Below, one piece after another: positions 1-11,903 of a stretch of DNA of 60,000 nucleotides. The translations under genes were made by a program, and so were the position numbers. The first letter of the stretch is position 1, and every line of letters begins with the position of its first letter. Origin of the DNA: Malacoraja senta (taxonomy: Eukaryota). Under the pieces are notes generated by a model. The model was not told where the DNA came from. It saw nothing but the letters and a program-made list of their open reading frames with translations, and searched no databases. The DNA lies in assembly GCA_038087875.1 (NCBI GenBank), contig CM075991.1:6946001-7006000 (forward strand), read 5' to 3'.

Positions 1-789
1 AGCGTAACTGCGGAACTCCTTTGCCGTTTAGTGAAATCAGCGGGGTTTTCAGGGGGGGCGTTAATCACGAATTCTTTGCTTTGGAAAGAATCACAACCTG
101 GGGCTACAGAAAGTCCTGTCAGGCCTGCTTATCTTCTTGAAAGACTGGGCCATTGTTCTGAGCCCCTGATAGCACAATGTAATGCCAATTACATCTGCCA
201 TTAAATGCTTACCTGTTCATACCTGTGCAGCTGGGAGGTCTGTACATTTTATTTCAGGTGACCCTTCTGTTAAACATGATAGAAAAATTAGAAACTTAAA
301 TGAAGAAGCAATCTTGCAGAAATATGCCACAAAGGAAGTGTCTTAGCCTAATATCGACAAAAGTATTAAAATAAGCCAAAAACTAAAATGATTATAAAGA
401 AAGTAGTAGCAAGGTGTTAATGTCTCTTTATTCAGAAACGTATCGTTCCAAGCAGACTATCGCATATATCACTCCAGCAAAATGAGTTACAGTATCAGTT
501 ATAATTACTGTTGACAGTAATATCAGTATCAGCAAAAACAATTACAGAATATATCACATTTTATGCAAAATTTCTTAATTTCAAATTCTATTTATTTTAA
601 AGAGCTGGTGATAAAATAACCAGCAGTTTGATTGTGCAGTCTCTTCACCCACGGAGTTAAAAACATTTCTAACATGATAAAAATTTACAAAGTTTAACAG
701 TTCTCAAAGATAAACACAAAGCTTTCCATCCCAACAACCACTACATTTAACAGATTATTTTTCCACCATATACAAGTACATAATTTATT

Positions 790-995
790 GCCACAGGCGG
801 CTGTGGAGGCCAAGTTATTGAGGGTTTTTTTAAAGCAGAGATTGATAGGTTATTGATCAGTAAGGGCATAAAAGGTTATGCGGAGAAGGCAGGATAATGA
901 GGTTCAGAGCGAAAAATAGATCAGCCATGATCGAATGGCGGAGGAGACTTGAAGGGCCGAATGGCCTAATTCCGTCCCTATGTCATATGGTCTAT
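790..995 (+). mobile_element. CR1/HER1 LINE 3' end fragment
   Basis: Matches the 3' ORF end and UTR of the long CR1 copy (gatcagccatgatcgaatggcgg...gaagggccgaatggcct). Confidence 0.8.
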
Positions 996-1305
996 ATAGA
1001 AACAGAGGCGGAGAACTCTAATGGCACATTTGTGTTCGGCCACAAAGTAAGATCATTGTTGATCATGTACCTCAATTCCACTTTACTGCACGATCCCCAT
1101 AACTTTTGATTCCATTGAAGTCCAATAATATGTCATTCGATGACTGATCATCCATGGCTTCTGGGATAGACAATTATATGCACACTAACTAAAAGAAAAT
1201 GTTCCTCTTAGTTCCGAATGATTGTTCCTTTACTCTGGTCCTCAGGTTTTTCAGACTCTTTGTCAACTATGGACTAAGTTTCTAATTTTCTTCCCGTCAT
1301 TGTTC

Positions 1306-2517
1306 TGGACATCGTTATATCTGGACTTTCAGAAGGCTTTCAACAAGGTCCCACATAAGAGATTAGTATGCAAACTTAAAGCACACGGTATTGGGGGTTC
1401 AGTATTGATGTGGATAGAGAACTGGCTGGCAGACAGGAAGCAAAGAGTAGGAGTAAACGGGTCCTTTTCAGAATGGCAGGCAGTGACTAGTGGGGTACCG
1501 CAAGGCTCAGTGCTGGGACCCCAGCTATTTACAATATATATTAATGATCTGGATGAGGGAATTGAATGCAACATCTCCAAGTTTGCGGATGACACGAAGC
1601 TGGGGGGCAGTGTTAGCTGTGAGGAGGATGCTCGGAGGCTGCAAGGTGACTTGGATAGGTTGGGTGAGTGGGCAAATGCATGGCAGATGCAGTATAATGT
1701 GGATAAATGTGAGGTTATCCACTTTGGTGGCAAAAACAGGAAAGTAGACTATTATCTGAATGGTGGCCGATTAGGAAAAGGGGAGATGCAATGAGATCTG
1801 GGTGGCATGGTACACCAGTCATTGAAAGTAGGCATGCAGGTGCAGCAGGCAGTGAAGAAAGCGAATGGTATGTTATCATTCATAGCAAAAGGATTTGAGT
1901 ATAAGAGCAGGGAGGTTCTACTGCAGTTGTACAGGGTCTTGGTGAGGCCACACCTGGAGTATTGCATACAGTTTTGGTCACCAAATCTGAGGAAAGAAAT
2001 TCTTGCCATAGAGGGAGTACAGAGAAGGTTCACCAGACTGATTCCTGGGATGGCAGGACTTTCATATGAAGAAAGACTGGATAGACTCGGCTTGTACTCG
2101 CTGGAATTTAGAAGATTGAGGGGGGATCTTATAGAAACTTACAAGATTCTTAAGGGGTTGGACATGCTAGATGCAGGAAGATTGTTCCCGATGTTGGGGA
2201 AGTCCAGAACAAGGGGTCACAGTTTAAGGATAAGGGGGAAGTCTTTTAGGACAGAGATGAGAAAATCATTTTTCACACAGAGAGTGGTGAATCTGTGGAA
2301 TTCTCTGCCACATAAGGTAGTTGAGGCCAGTTCATTGGCTATATTTAAGAGGGAGTTAGATGTGGCCCTTGTGGCTAAAGGGATCAGGGGGTATGGAGAG
2401 AAGGCAGGTACAGGATACTGAGTTGGATGATCAGCCATGATCATATTGAATGGCGGTGCAGGCTCGAAGGGCCGAATGGCCTATTCCTGCACCTATTTTC
2501 TATGTTTCTATGTTTCT
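1306..2517 (+). mobile_element. 5'-truncated CR1-clade (HER1-like) LINE, RT C-terminal half plus 3' UTR
   Basis: Peptides [54 protein letters not shown]; premature TGA at 1792-1794; ORF end 2421; (TTTCTATG)n tail. Confidence 0.95.
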
Positions 2518-2933
2518 TGCCTTCCGTTCCTTTCCCAAATTGTTATCCCAGTTATCTTTAATGATGTTAACTTTTTACATTTCATTATTGCCAATCTTTT
2601 GCAGTTCTAATTTTTCCCCTCTTGTCAGTCCCTACACCAGCCACAATGTCATTCTCACTGCTTCCTTACAGTCTTCCCCCACAGTTATTCCTGCAGAGAA
2701 GATGACCACTTCTTATCAACTTAACTATGCAACGAAAACCTGGCGACATTATCTCTTTTTTGATTGGTACGGCTGTGGGGGTCAAGGAAAGAGCGTTAAC
2801 GTCACGGCCCTGTTTCCACCAATCTTTCCACCACCACGCACAAGAAGCGACAAGACAGACACCATTGTATGCAGATGGCGAGAAGTGTTTTCAGCTCTGG
2901 CTGAACAACTAATCTTGTGTGTGCTGGATAAGA

Positions 2934-3068
2934 AGAGTACGGGTGTCAAAGGTTATGGGGAGAAGGCAGGAGAATGAGGTTAGGAGGGAGAGATAGATCA
3001 GCCATGATTGAATGGCAGAGTAGACGTGATGTGCCGAATGGCGTAATTCTACTCCTATTCCTTATGAT
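2934..3068 (+). mobile_element. CR1 3' tail fragment
   Basis: ggttatggggagaaggcaggagaatg...gatcagccatgattgaatggc. Confidence 0.75.
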
Positions 3069-3257
3069 CCCCTAATGTATTGTCACTGCTATAAGCCGAC
3101 AAGACAAATCCTAGCAGTTTAGGGCATTCCAGAAACAGTGATGAGAGGTCGAATGCTGAGCCTCGACCAAATCGCCGACCATCCTTTGCCTCCATAGATT
3201 GGCTGGCTGAATTCCTCCAGCACCTTGTTTTTTGCTCCAGATTTCAATGACTGCTGA

Positions 3258-3800
3258 CAGTCATAGAGTCAAATAGCAAACTACAGGCTCTTCGGCCCAA
3301 TTTGCCCATGCCGACCAAGATACACCATCTACACTAATCCCACCTCCCCACATTCGCCCCCCATATCCCTCTAAACCTTTCCCTATCCACGTACCTGTCC
3401 AAATGTCTTTTAAATGTTGTGAGAGTACCTGCCTCAACTACCTTTTCTGGCAGCTTGTTCCTATTAACTCTTCTCTGCACACTTTCCAGCTTAACAAGGT
3501 AACCAAAACTGAACACAATACTGCCAATGTGGTCTCACCAACATCTTGTACAACTTTAGCATATCCTCCCAAATTCTATACTCAGTACCCTGACTGATGA
3601 AGGCTTATGTACTGAAAAGCTTCTTGAACACCCTATCTACTTGTCACACCACTTTCAAGGAACTATGCACCTGCACTCCTAGATGCTTCTGCCCTACAAC
3701 TCTCCCGAGGGCTCTGCCATTCGCTGTATATGTCCTGCCCCCATTTTACTTCCCAAAATCCAGCACCTCACACATTTCAGTGTCTGTAGTCTCTTCTGTC
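3258..3800 (-). mobile_element. Degraded CR1 LINE fragment
   Basis: Minus-strand peptide LESVQRR...LPEKVVEAGTLTTFKRHLDRY and CR1-type tail. Confidence 0.75.
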
Positions 3801-3839
3801 CCTTCAATGTGAGGACTCTTTATGCACAATTTCCAAATG

Positions 3840-4670
3840 GCACAAATTTGAAGGCGTGTTGAACTGTGTGGAGGAAAGTGATAGATCTCAAAGCAAAATG
3901 TGCATGGGCAAGTGGCAGGTGCATTTTAATGCTGAGAAATATGTATTATATACTGCAGGTGGAATGAGGAAAAACATTTTGAACAAGAAGGCACAAATCT
4001 AATATGTGTATAAGAAGAGATGATGGGGAAACATGAAAGTGGCAGGGCAGATTGAGAAATTGGTTAAAAATGGAATTCTGTGGTTTATAAAAAGAAGCAT
4101 TCAACATAAGAGCAAGGAAATCATGATGAATCTTTACAAAAGATTGTTTCGAGCAAAATTGGAGTATTACTAGGTACCTATGTCACCTCTAAAAATTAAA
4201 AAAACTAGATTTTCAAACTTTTTAAATTTGTGATATTGCAAAGAGATAATTCAAGTTTTTTAAAAAATTCATTAACTAAATTAGGCGCAGTCCCTTAAAC
4301 AACTTTAAGCAGTTTATACAAAAACCCACCGGAGATACCGGCGGTAAGGAATTATATGCATACCAGCACCTTTTTGTCTGCAAAAAAACTCTGAGTTTTG
4401 TCCATTTCTGTTTCTGGAAAGATGCAAAGGATTTAGAAAAGACGCAGAAGAGATTTCCTTAAATTATTTAGGGATGAGGGATTTTAGTTCTGTGGAATAA
4501 CTGAAGAAGTTGTTCTATTTCGTACGGATGAGGTTGAAAGAGGATCCGACAGAGGTGTTTAAAATCATGAAAGATCCAGATTGATAGAGAAAAAAACTGT
4601 TTGAAATGACAGAAAAGTGAAGAACCAAGTGTTTGACAAAAAGTGACACAGGAAATAGTTTTTTTTTTGC
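3840..4670 (+). mobile_element. Old degraded CR1 fragment, interrupted by an unclassified AT-rich insert (~4170-4392)
   Basis: Degenerate CR1 RT-region DNA (gggcaagtggcaggtgcattttaatgctgagaaat; ataagagcaaggaaatcatgatgaatctttac). Confidence 0.55.
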
Positions 4671-4774
4671 AGCACATTAATAAGAATACAACATAACATT
4701 ATAAAGGAATTTAACATTAAACATAAAAAAACATCCCCCCACAATGGTTCCCACTGTGAGGGAAGGCACAAAGT

Positions 4775-4955
4775 CCCACACTACAAAGACGTACAGGTTT
4801 GTAGGTAAATTGGTTTGGGTTGTATACTTGGTATAAGTGTAAATTGTCCCTAGTATGTGTAGGCCTGTGTTAATGTGCCAGGATCGCTGGTCGGTGCGGA
4901 CTCGGTGGGCCGAAAGGCCTGTTTCCGTGCTGTATCTCTATACTAAACTAAACTA
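4775..4955 (+). mobile_element. HE1-like V-SINE, 3' half
   Basis: cccacactacaaagacgtacagg...gggccgaaaggcctgtttccgtgctgtatctc, (CTAAA)n tail. Confidence 0.85.
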
Positions 4956-5001
4956 TATACACAATTACAATCAAGCCACCCACAGTGTACAGATACATGA
5001 T

Positions 5002-5126
5002 CTTTGGCGTGCACAGCCTAAAGTTGCTGGTCAACTTGTTCTATTTGAACTTTTGTTTGTGCACGTCGGGTTGATTGCATTAGTCGAAACAGGGTGGACC
5101 ACCTGAAGGTTGCAATCTCCCACACT
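5002..5126 (-). mobile_element. ~125-bp non-autonomous retroposon headed by an HDV-like ribozyme (copy 1), inserted in a Rex1-type 3' fragment
   Basis: 11-bp TSD AGATACATGAT (4991-5001 / 5127-5137); homologous to 51030-51150. Confidence 0.85.
5073..5126 (-). ncRNA. HDV-like ribozyme, slightly decayed
   Basis: AGUGUGG-GA-GAUUGCA-ACC-UUCAGGU-GGU-CCACCCU-GUUUCGA-CUAA-UGCAAUC; P2 and P3 intact, one P1 mismatch. Confidence 0.75.
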
Positions 5127-5489
5127 AGATACATGATAAATGGAATAACGTGAATAACTTTTTGGACAAGATAAAGTCCAGTAAAACACAATCAAAGATA
5201 GTGCAAGGATCTCCAATGAGGTAGATGGTAGCTCAGGACTGCTGTCTAGTTGTTGGTAGGATGGTCCAGGATGCATCATCTGACTAGGATTACATTAGTG
5301 TTGCAGCTTGCTGTGTTCAATTAAGCTGCTGCATTCCCTACACTCCCTAGCAATGACTACCATTCATAATGTACTTCTTTGGCTCAAAGTCAATTCGGCC
5401 TGCCCTAAGGTCACGTAAGGCACAATATAAATAAATAAATACAAATAGTTCTCTCTTTTGCTTCCCAGCCCAAGAGATCTGAGACTACT

Positions 5490-5949
5490 TATTGTTGGCC
5501 AAACACTTTAATTCCCCTTCTCATTCCCACACTGACCTTTCTGTCTGAGGCTTCCTCCATTGTCAGAGTGAGGCTAAATGCAAATTGGAGGGAAATTGTC
5601 ATATTTCGCTTGAGCAGCTTACAATCCAGTGGTATGATGTTGATTTCTCTCACTTCAAGTAACCCTCTTATTCCCTCTCTCTCCATCCCTCCCCCACTCA
5701 AGTTGCACCAGCTTCTCGTTCTCACCTAGCAAATAGCTAACAATGGCCTTTTCCTTTATTATCAATATTTTTTGCACATCTTTCATTCATTTGTTCCATA
5801 TCTCTTTACATCACCGTCTTTTTCTCTCTTTCTCCTTTCCCCTGACTCTCTGTCTGAAGAAGAGTTTCAACCCGAAACGTTACCCATTCCTTCTCTCCAG
5901 AGATGCTGCCTGTCCCGCTGAGTTACTCCAGCATTTTGTGTCTATCTTC
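5490..5949 (+). mobile_element. Penelope-like element 3' end: GIY-YIG C-terminus remnant, UTR and minimal hammerhead motif
   Basis: Frameshifted peptide AKHFNSPSHSHTDLSV...LHCQSEAK.KLE...IFRL.SLQ.SG...DFSHFK* (stop 5660-5662); CTGAAGA...GAAACGTT at 5854-5881. Confidence 0.8.
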
Positions 5950-7052
5950 TTGTTGGCCTGCCTCAGATCCATGCTAAAATCACTTAACCCGGCACGGATT
6001 GGGAATTAAAACTGAAATAGACGATTCTTTGTTTAAACAGTGCGGTACCACTTCGAGTAGACTATACACTGACAGATTAATGTGATGACCCAGTTAAACA
6101 AAATTTATGTTTTCATTTTCTTTGCATATCCTGACGCTTCTGCTGAAGTGCAGTGAGTGTTGCTCTTGTACTTTAATCAAAAAGTATGGCGTTTAGGGTA
6201 ACTTGGCACAATCATGGCAGAGGAATAATTGTTACTTGGTATATGCTGTTTTTAATGCGTAAAAAAGGGAAAGCAGGAAGAAAAATCACAGGAACCTATA
6301 ATTTTTTTTTTTTAAGTAAAACACAAATGATTAGTTTGTATTTTTAAGACACGTAACTAAAAACAAGGTGATTCCCAACATGCACTAAAGCTTGTGTTTT
6401 TCCGCTCCCTGGCCACCCACAAAGCAAGAATAAAGTCTAGCCGACCCAAATCTGTTTAGCAGGGAGACTGGAAACACCAAGAAAGCACTTAATTAGGTGT
6501 TATATTGTGGATTACTGCAACCTTTAGGTTGAAGCTTTCCCCCCCCCCCTGCCCCCGCCCCCCCCCATGCCACCGCCCCTCTATCTAACTGGCTTTGCAA
6601 ATCTTTTATTTTCCTATTATGCATGTTTCAAGGTTCACTCTTTCTTGCTTGCACACTCGTAGCTTGGAGCACATCTGTCAGAATCGATGAATCAGAACTC
6701 TTGTCAAAGAAGGGTCTCGACCTGAAATGTCACCCATTCCTTCTATCCAGAAATGCTGCCTGCCTGCTGTGTTGCTCCAGCTATGGCTATCTTGCGTGGC
6801 TATCTTTGATGAATCAGAAGTTGGTTTTCTGCTCTCCATTCTCCGAGACTACTTATCCTCGCTTGCATTTTCAGTCCGATGATTTTGGTCTGGGCATGCT
6901 GATTGCTCCCCTCCACCCCAACTGCTGAACAATTCTCTTAATTCTTGAACAAAAGCAGAAATTAAACATGTGTGTGTGGCCAGTTTGGCAAGATGTCCTA
7001 TATCATTGTTTCATTGAGTCATACAGCGTGGAAACAGACCCTTCAGCCCAAC

Positions 7053-7266
7053 CCTGCGTGTGTTTTCTCCGAGATCTTCGGTTTCCTCTCACACTCCCAC
7101 ACTCCAAAGACGTACAGGTTTGTAGTTTAATTAGCTTGGTATGAATGTAAATTGTACCCAGTGTGTGTAGGATTGTGTTAGTATGCGGGGATCGCTGGTC
7201 GGTGCGGACTCAGTGGGCCGAAGGGCCTGTTTCTGTGCCGTAGCTCTAAACTTAAAAAAAACTAAA
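7053..7266 (+). mobile_element. HE1-like V-SINE, 5'-truncated
   Basis: V-domain and CR1-like tail. Confidence 0.85.
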
Positions 7267-9639
7267 TTCCACAATTTGCTTTCTCATTCTTTTCCAGTTA
7301 TCATAAACGCACATCCTCTGACTATTGATCCTCCTGCCAATTGAAACAATTTCTCACCAACTGCCCTCTCAAAATCTGTATAGTTTTGAAGATCTCTGTG
7401 ACATCTTCCTCGTCTCTGACAAAACTTCTTCCAAAATCTTCTGGAATGAACATGAATGGAAAATCGAAGGATTTGACATCTCCTTTCCAAACTTTCCAGT
7501 CATGTAATAATGTATAGTTTCCAGCAGGTGGAATAACTTACCTTTGCCCATTCATAGTATTCAGGAAAGGAAAATGCTTTCAGTAAAATATTATCTGATC
7601 ACACAATTATAGAATTTAACCTGCAATTGATTGAGGAAACACTTAAAATGTTATGCAACCCTTTTCTCCAAGGTTATTTATCATGTCTCTGTTCAAACAT
7701 TGACGCCTGAAGCAATAATGAATGCATTAGAGAATGCAAGATGCATAATACTGTCATAATACTCTTAATATTTGATCATCAACTAATACTTTTCTTCATT
7801 TTCATTCCTTGTGATGTCTTATTTGTACTGTAACACTTGTTAATATTTGTATTTCTAATTCTGTCCTCCAGTTAAGAATAGAAGTGAATTGTGTGTTGCA
7901 CTGCCTCAGATAATAAGCACCAGTTCAATATTTTATGTTGTATTTTGGCTAACACTCTGTCAAATTGACCATTAAGTGGGAGCAGTTACAGAGATTTGCA
8001 GATTGTTCTTTGCAGTATGTGGAGTCCTAATCCCAACACAATCTTCATGCTAGCATAGGATTTCATGGCAAGCTGGTTATGCTTTAATCAGGACTCCACT
8101 GTAATTAAGACTATTCTGACCTGCTCTCTCATCTACTAATCCAGCAATCGGGCAAAGGGCTTAAAATTGCTGCCAGTATCCAGTTACTTCAGTCTTAGCT
8201 CATGTTATTTCCCTTAATAAGTGGACTGCCTCGCATTTACCTCAGTAAATTGGACTACTTTGTCTCTGAGCATTGGAGATGATGTTTGTGAGGCTTTTTG
8301 CAGTGTTTAGCTGCAATTACTTGTCGCAGCAAGGTCTTCAGTTTCCTATTATCCATTAATAACCTCCAATGGGAGCCGTGACTGCAATTTACCTCCATTT
8401 GACTGCCTTACAGCATCCACTAATGAAGGGTCGAGGTGTATTTTTCGCATTACTCTATGGCTGAGTGCTCTCCGAGTTTGTCTCACCCTGTGACTATCTG
8501 TGGTGCAAAGAATGTTATAAATTGGGAGCTGAATTTTTTGCAGGTAAATGCAGAAATTGTCAGGCATTTATCTTCTGCAAAAATATTGACAGTTCATTCA
8601 ATTGATGGAAAACAATAGCAGCGATTATATCAAAGATAGACATAAAGTGGTGGAATAACAGCATCTCTGGTGAAAGAAGACAAGTGACATTTCGGGTCGG
8701 GAAATTATACTTTTGTGCAATATTAAAGGATAATATTTCAGAGGCTGAAAGTTAGGAAATGAGCTGGACTTAACATGGGCATTAACAGAGGTAAACGTGT
8801 CCAAAGATGGCAATTATTGGGACCATGGAAAGCAGAGGAAAAAATACAAAGACAAGCATTTTCGGGTATTTTGCTAAATATCCAGCAAAATAATTGCCTC
8901 AGTGGTTTGAAGAGCTAAACACATATATGTTTCAAAACCTCTGTTCTCTTTAGAACCTGTCCCTTGTTATTGAGGATGCCCTGCTACCTACCACTCTGAT
9001 TTTGTTGGTTCTGAATAGACTTACAATAGGTGTATAGAATGGAAACAGGACCAATGTGCCCATGGCGACCAAAATGCCCAATCTACACTAGTCGCACCTG
9101 CCTGTGTTTGACCCATATCCCTCCAAACCTTTCCTATCTATGTTCCAATCAAATGTGGAAAGTCATGTACAGATGGGACGGGTGGGGGTTAAAGGGGCAG
9201 GTCAATGAGTACTTTATCTGCTCATTCCACTGCTTACCAGGGTCTCTGTGTGCTTCTATTGAATAGCCTTGTGGTCATTCAATCTCATCCCGAATGATCT
9301 TTCTTCATTTAGCCCAATTGTGGGCCTGAGATTCCTACGAGTTAGTTGGGGTGCTGCATTTTTGCAAGGTGGTTTTGAGTACAACCTTGAACCTTTCCTT
9401 TGCCACTTTGCCATCTCTTTCCACAACAGAGCTCAGAAAGAATGCTTCAGATGTCTAGTGTTAGACATACAAATAATATAGCCTCCACAATGTAGCTTAC
9501 TCAATGCTGCGATGTTTCGCCCAGAAGATGACACTGACCTCTATTTACTTGTCCTCACAGAGAATGTTGTGGAGACAGTTGGTGGCTTTTACCCTGTGCC
9601 TTGATATGTCTGATGTAAACAGTCTAAGTCCACGATTTC

Positions 9640-9990
9640 ATCGGCCTAGGAAGATTAGGATATTCCAGGGAATTTTAGACGAGCTGTCTTCACGAAGGGA
9701 GATATCTAACTGTGGTAAGTACAGAAGAACCTCCCTGCTGTCTACTACAGGGAAATTCTTTAACACAGTCCTTTCATTGCCTCCGCCTCGTGGCCACAGA
9801 GATGCTCCCTGATTCAGATTGATCCAGAGGCAAAGAGGACAGAGATCTTCACTGTGTAGTAACACCAAGAAAAGTGCAGGGAGCAGCACTAGACACAAAT
9901 ACAATAGATCGTATCAAAGCCTCTGTCTTTATTAATCAGTAGGGACTGTGAGGTAGCCTCCTCCAGTTCCATTGCACACGGAAATTCTTC
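9640..9990 (+). mobile_element. Degraded RTE-clade LINE RT fragment
   Basis: Peptide SNCGKYRRTSLLSTTGK (cf. CGNYRGISLLS), followed by a QEKCREQ-like segment. Confidence 0.6.
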
Positions 9991-10049
9991 TCAATTTTAC
10001 CATGAAGATTTTTATCATGTATATTACTCAGAAGATTAACGGATATCTA

Positions 10050-11127
10050 ATGAGAAACATGGTATGCTTGCTTTCGTAGGTTGGGCCATTGAGTATAAGA
10101 GTCAGGAAGTCATGATGCAGCTCTATAGAAATCTGGTTTGGCTGCATTTGGAGTATAGTGCGCAGTTCTGATCAAAGATCTTTGGTTCTGATCGCCCCAA
10201 ATACAGGAAGAATGGGGCGTCTTTGGAAAGGGTGCAGAGGAGGTTTACCAGAATGATGCCTGGATTATGGGGTATTAGCTTCAGGGAGAGGTTGGACAGA
10301 CTTGGATTATTTTCTCTGGAGCACCAGAGGTTGCGGGGAGACCTGATAGCAGTATTTAAATTCTGAGAGGCATTGATAGAGTATTCAGTCAGAATCTTTT
10401 TCCCACGATGGAAAAATGAAATACTCGAGGGCAGAACTTTAAGGTGAGAGGAGCAAAGTTGAAAGGAGATGTTCAGCAGGCACGTAAATCGATATCAAAA
10501 CATGGGGTGGACCGGGGGACACACAATTTCTTGCCGGCTGCGCGCGCATGCGCACACTTACACACACACGCGAGGCTTCGGAGGCTTCAGCCGTGGGCCC
10601 TGTGGACGGTAATTAGTGCCGGGTGCCGGCAGTCGCCGAAAAAAATTGCGTAAGCGGGGCAGGCCTTTTAATTTCCCATTGAGTTTTCAGCTCCCACTAG
10701 TCGAGATGCAGGTGCTTTGTGAAAAAAGTGATGAACGACTCGAATTGTTCTGCAGAACACTACTCATTAAACCCGACACAATACCTTGCCAAGCTTGTAA
10801 TGGGGGGGGACCGTCCTACACTTCTGAAAACATGGAGGGGACACGTCCCCCCCCCCCGCGCCCCCCCCCCCCCCCCCCCAGGGATTTCCGCCCCTGATGT
10901 TCAGGGCAGGTTTTTTTTTTACACAGAGGGTGGTAAATGCCTGAAATGCACTGCTGGGGGTGGTTGTTGAAGCAGATACGTTAGTGGTATTTAAATTTTG
11001 GATAGGCACATGGGAATGCAGGGAATGGACGGATATGGGTTATTTGAGGTAGATAATGGCATCATATTCAGCACAGACATTGTGGGCTGAAGGGCCTGTT
11101 CTTGTGCTACACTGTTCTATGTTCTAT
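10050..11127 (+). mobile_element. CR1 LINE 3' fragment interrupted by a hAT MITE
   Basis: CR1 RT C-terminal DNA and (TTCTATG)n tail; contiguous across the 10477-10896 insertion. Confidence 0.85.
10477..10896. mobile_element. hAT-type MITE
   Basis: 8-bp TSD ATGTTCAG (10469-10476 / 10897-10904); imperfect TIR CAGGCACGTAAATC / CAGGGGCGGAAATC. Confidence 0.85.
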
Positions 11128-11147
11128 GGCATGCCACTCTCTTATAA

Positions 11148-11331
11148 AGTAAGTAAGTAAGTTTATTGGCCAAGTATTCACATACAAGGAATTTGTCTTG
11201 GTGCTCCACCCACAAGTAACAACATGACATACAGTGACAGTTACGAATGATTCAGAAAACACTAAACATTAATAATAATAAAACATTAATGATAAAACAC
11301 CATTGATCAAGCATGTGAACCAACAAAATAC
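11148..11331 (-). mobile_element. Rex1/Babar-type 3' tail fragment
   Basis: Minus strand: aaattccttgtatgtgaatacttggccaataaac followed by a (TTAC)n tail. Confidence 0.55.
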
Positions 11332-11903
11332 TATAATGCTAAATGCTATATATGCGACCTAATGCTATGATGCACTTGAACTCGAACGCATGTAGTGCCC
11401 TTCTCTTAGTTCTAATTATGGTTAAATGCATTTGTCCCAAACTTAGAAACTGTAAGTATGTGGAGTGGATTATAACAGCTTGTACAGTTTCTCTTCTTCA
11501 TTGTATGATTAGTGTTTCTTTGGTGATTAATGTTCTCACATATAGTATGTACAGATGCCATCCTGTGAAAGGCACTTTAGCATTACTCACCCCTAAAATA
11601 GTCCAACATGTTTTTGAAGTTTAAATAGTTGCTCATGCCCATCTAGTCTGCATTACTGCCATCCACATCAGTAACCAAATACTTCCTTGTCAACTATTGC
11701 CTGAACTTCCATGAACTCGGTAGAGAGAGTTTGTTTCCTTGTAGAAACTGTGATGATTATTGGAGAAAACTCATTTTAGTGCCAAAGGATTGCGTTATAA
11801 TATTTAAAAATTCTCATCTTTGTTTTTAATTTAATTTCATTTGTAGGTGCCTGATCTCTGCCTTAATCCGTGCTATGCACTATAATGGCATCATCCCGTA
11901 AGA

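Noticed and set aside
1222..2421. Functional reverse transcriptase gene
   Set aside because: 5'-truncated, premature stop, no endonuclease domain
4170..4392. Possible hAT fragment inside an old CR1
   Set aside because: Only one TIR-like end and no convincing TSD
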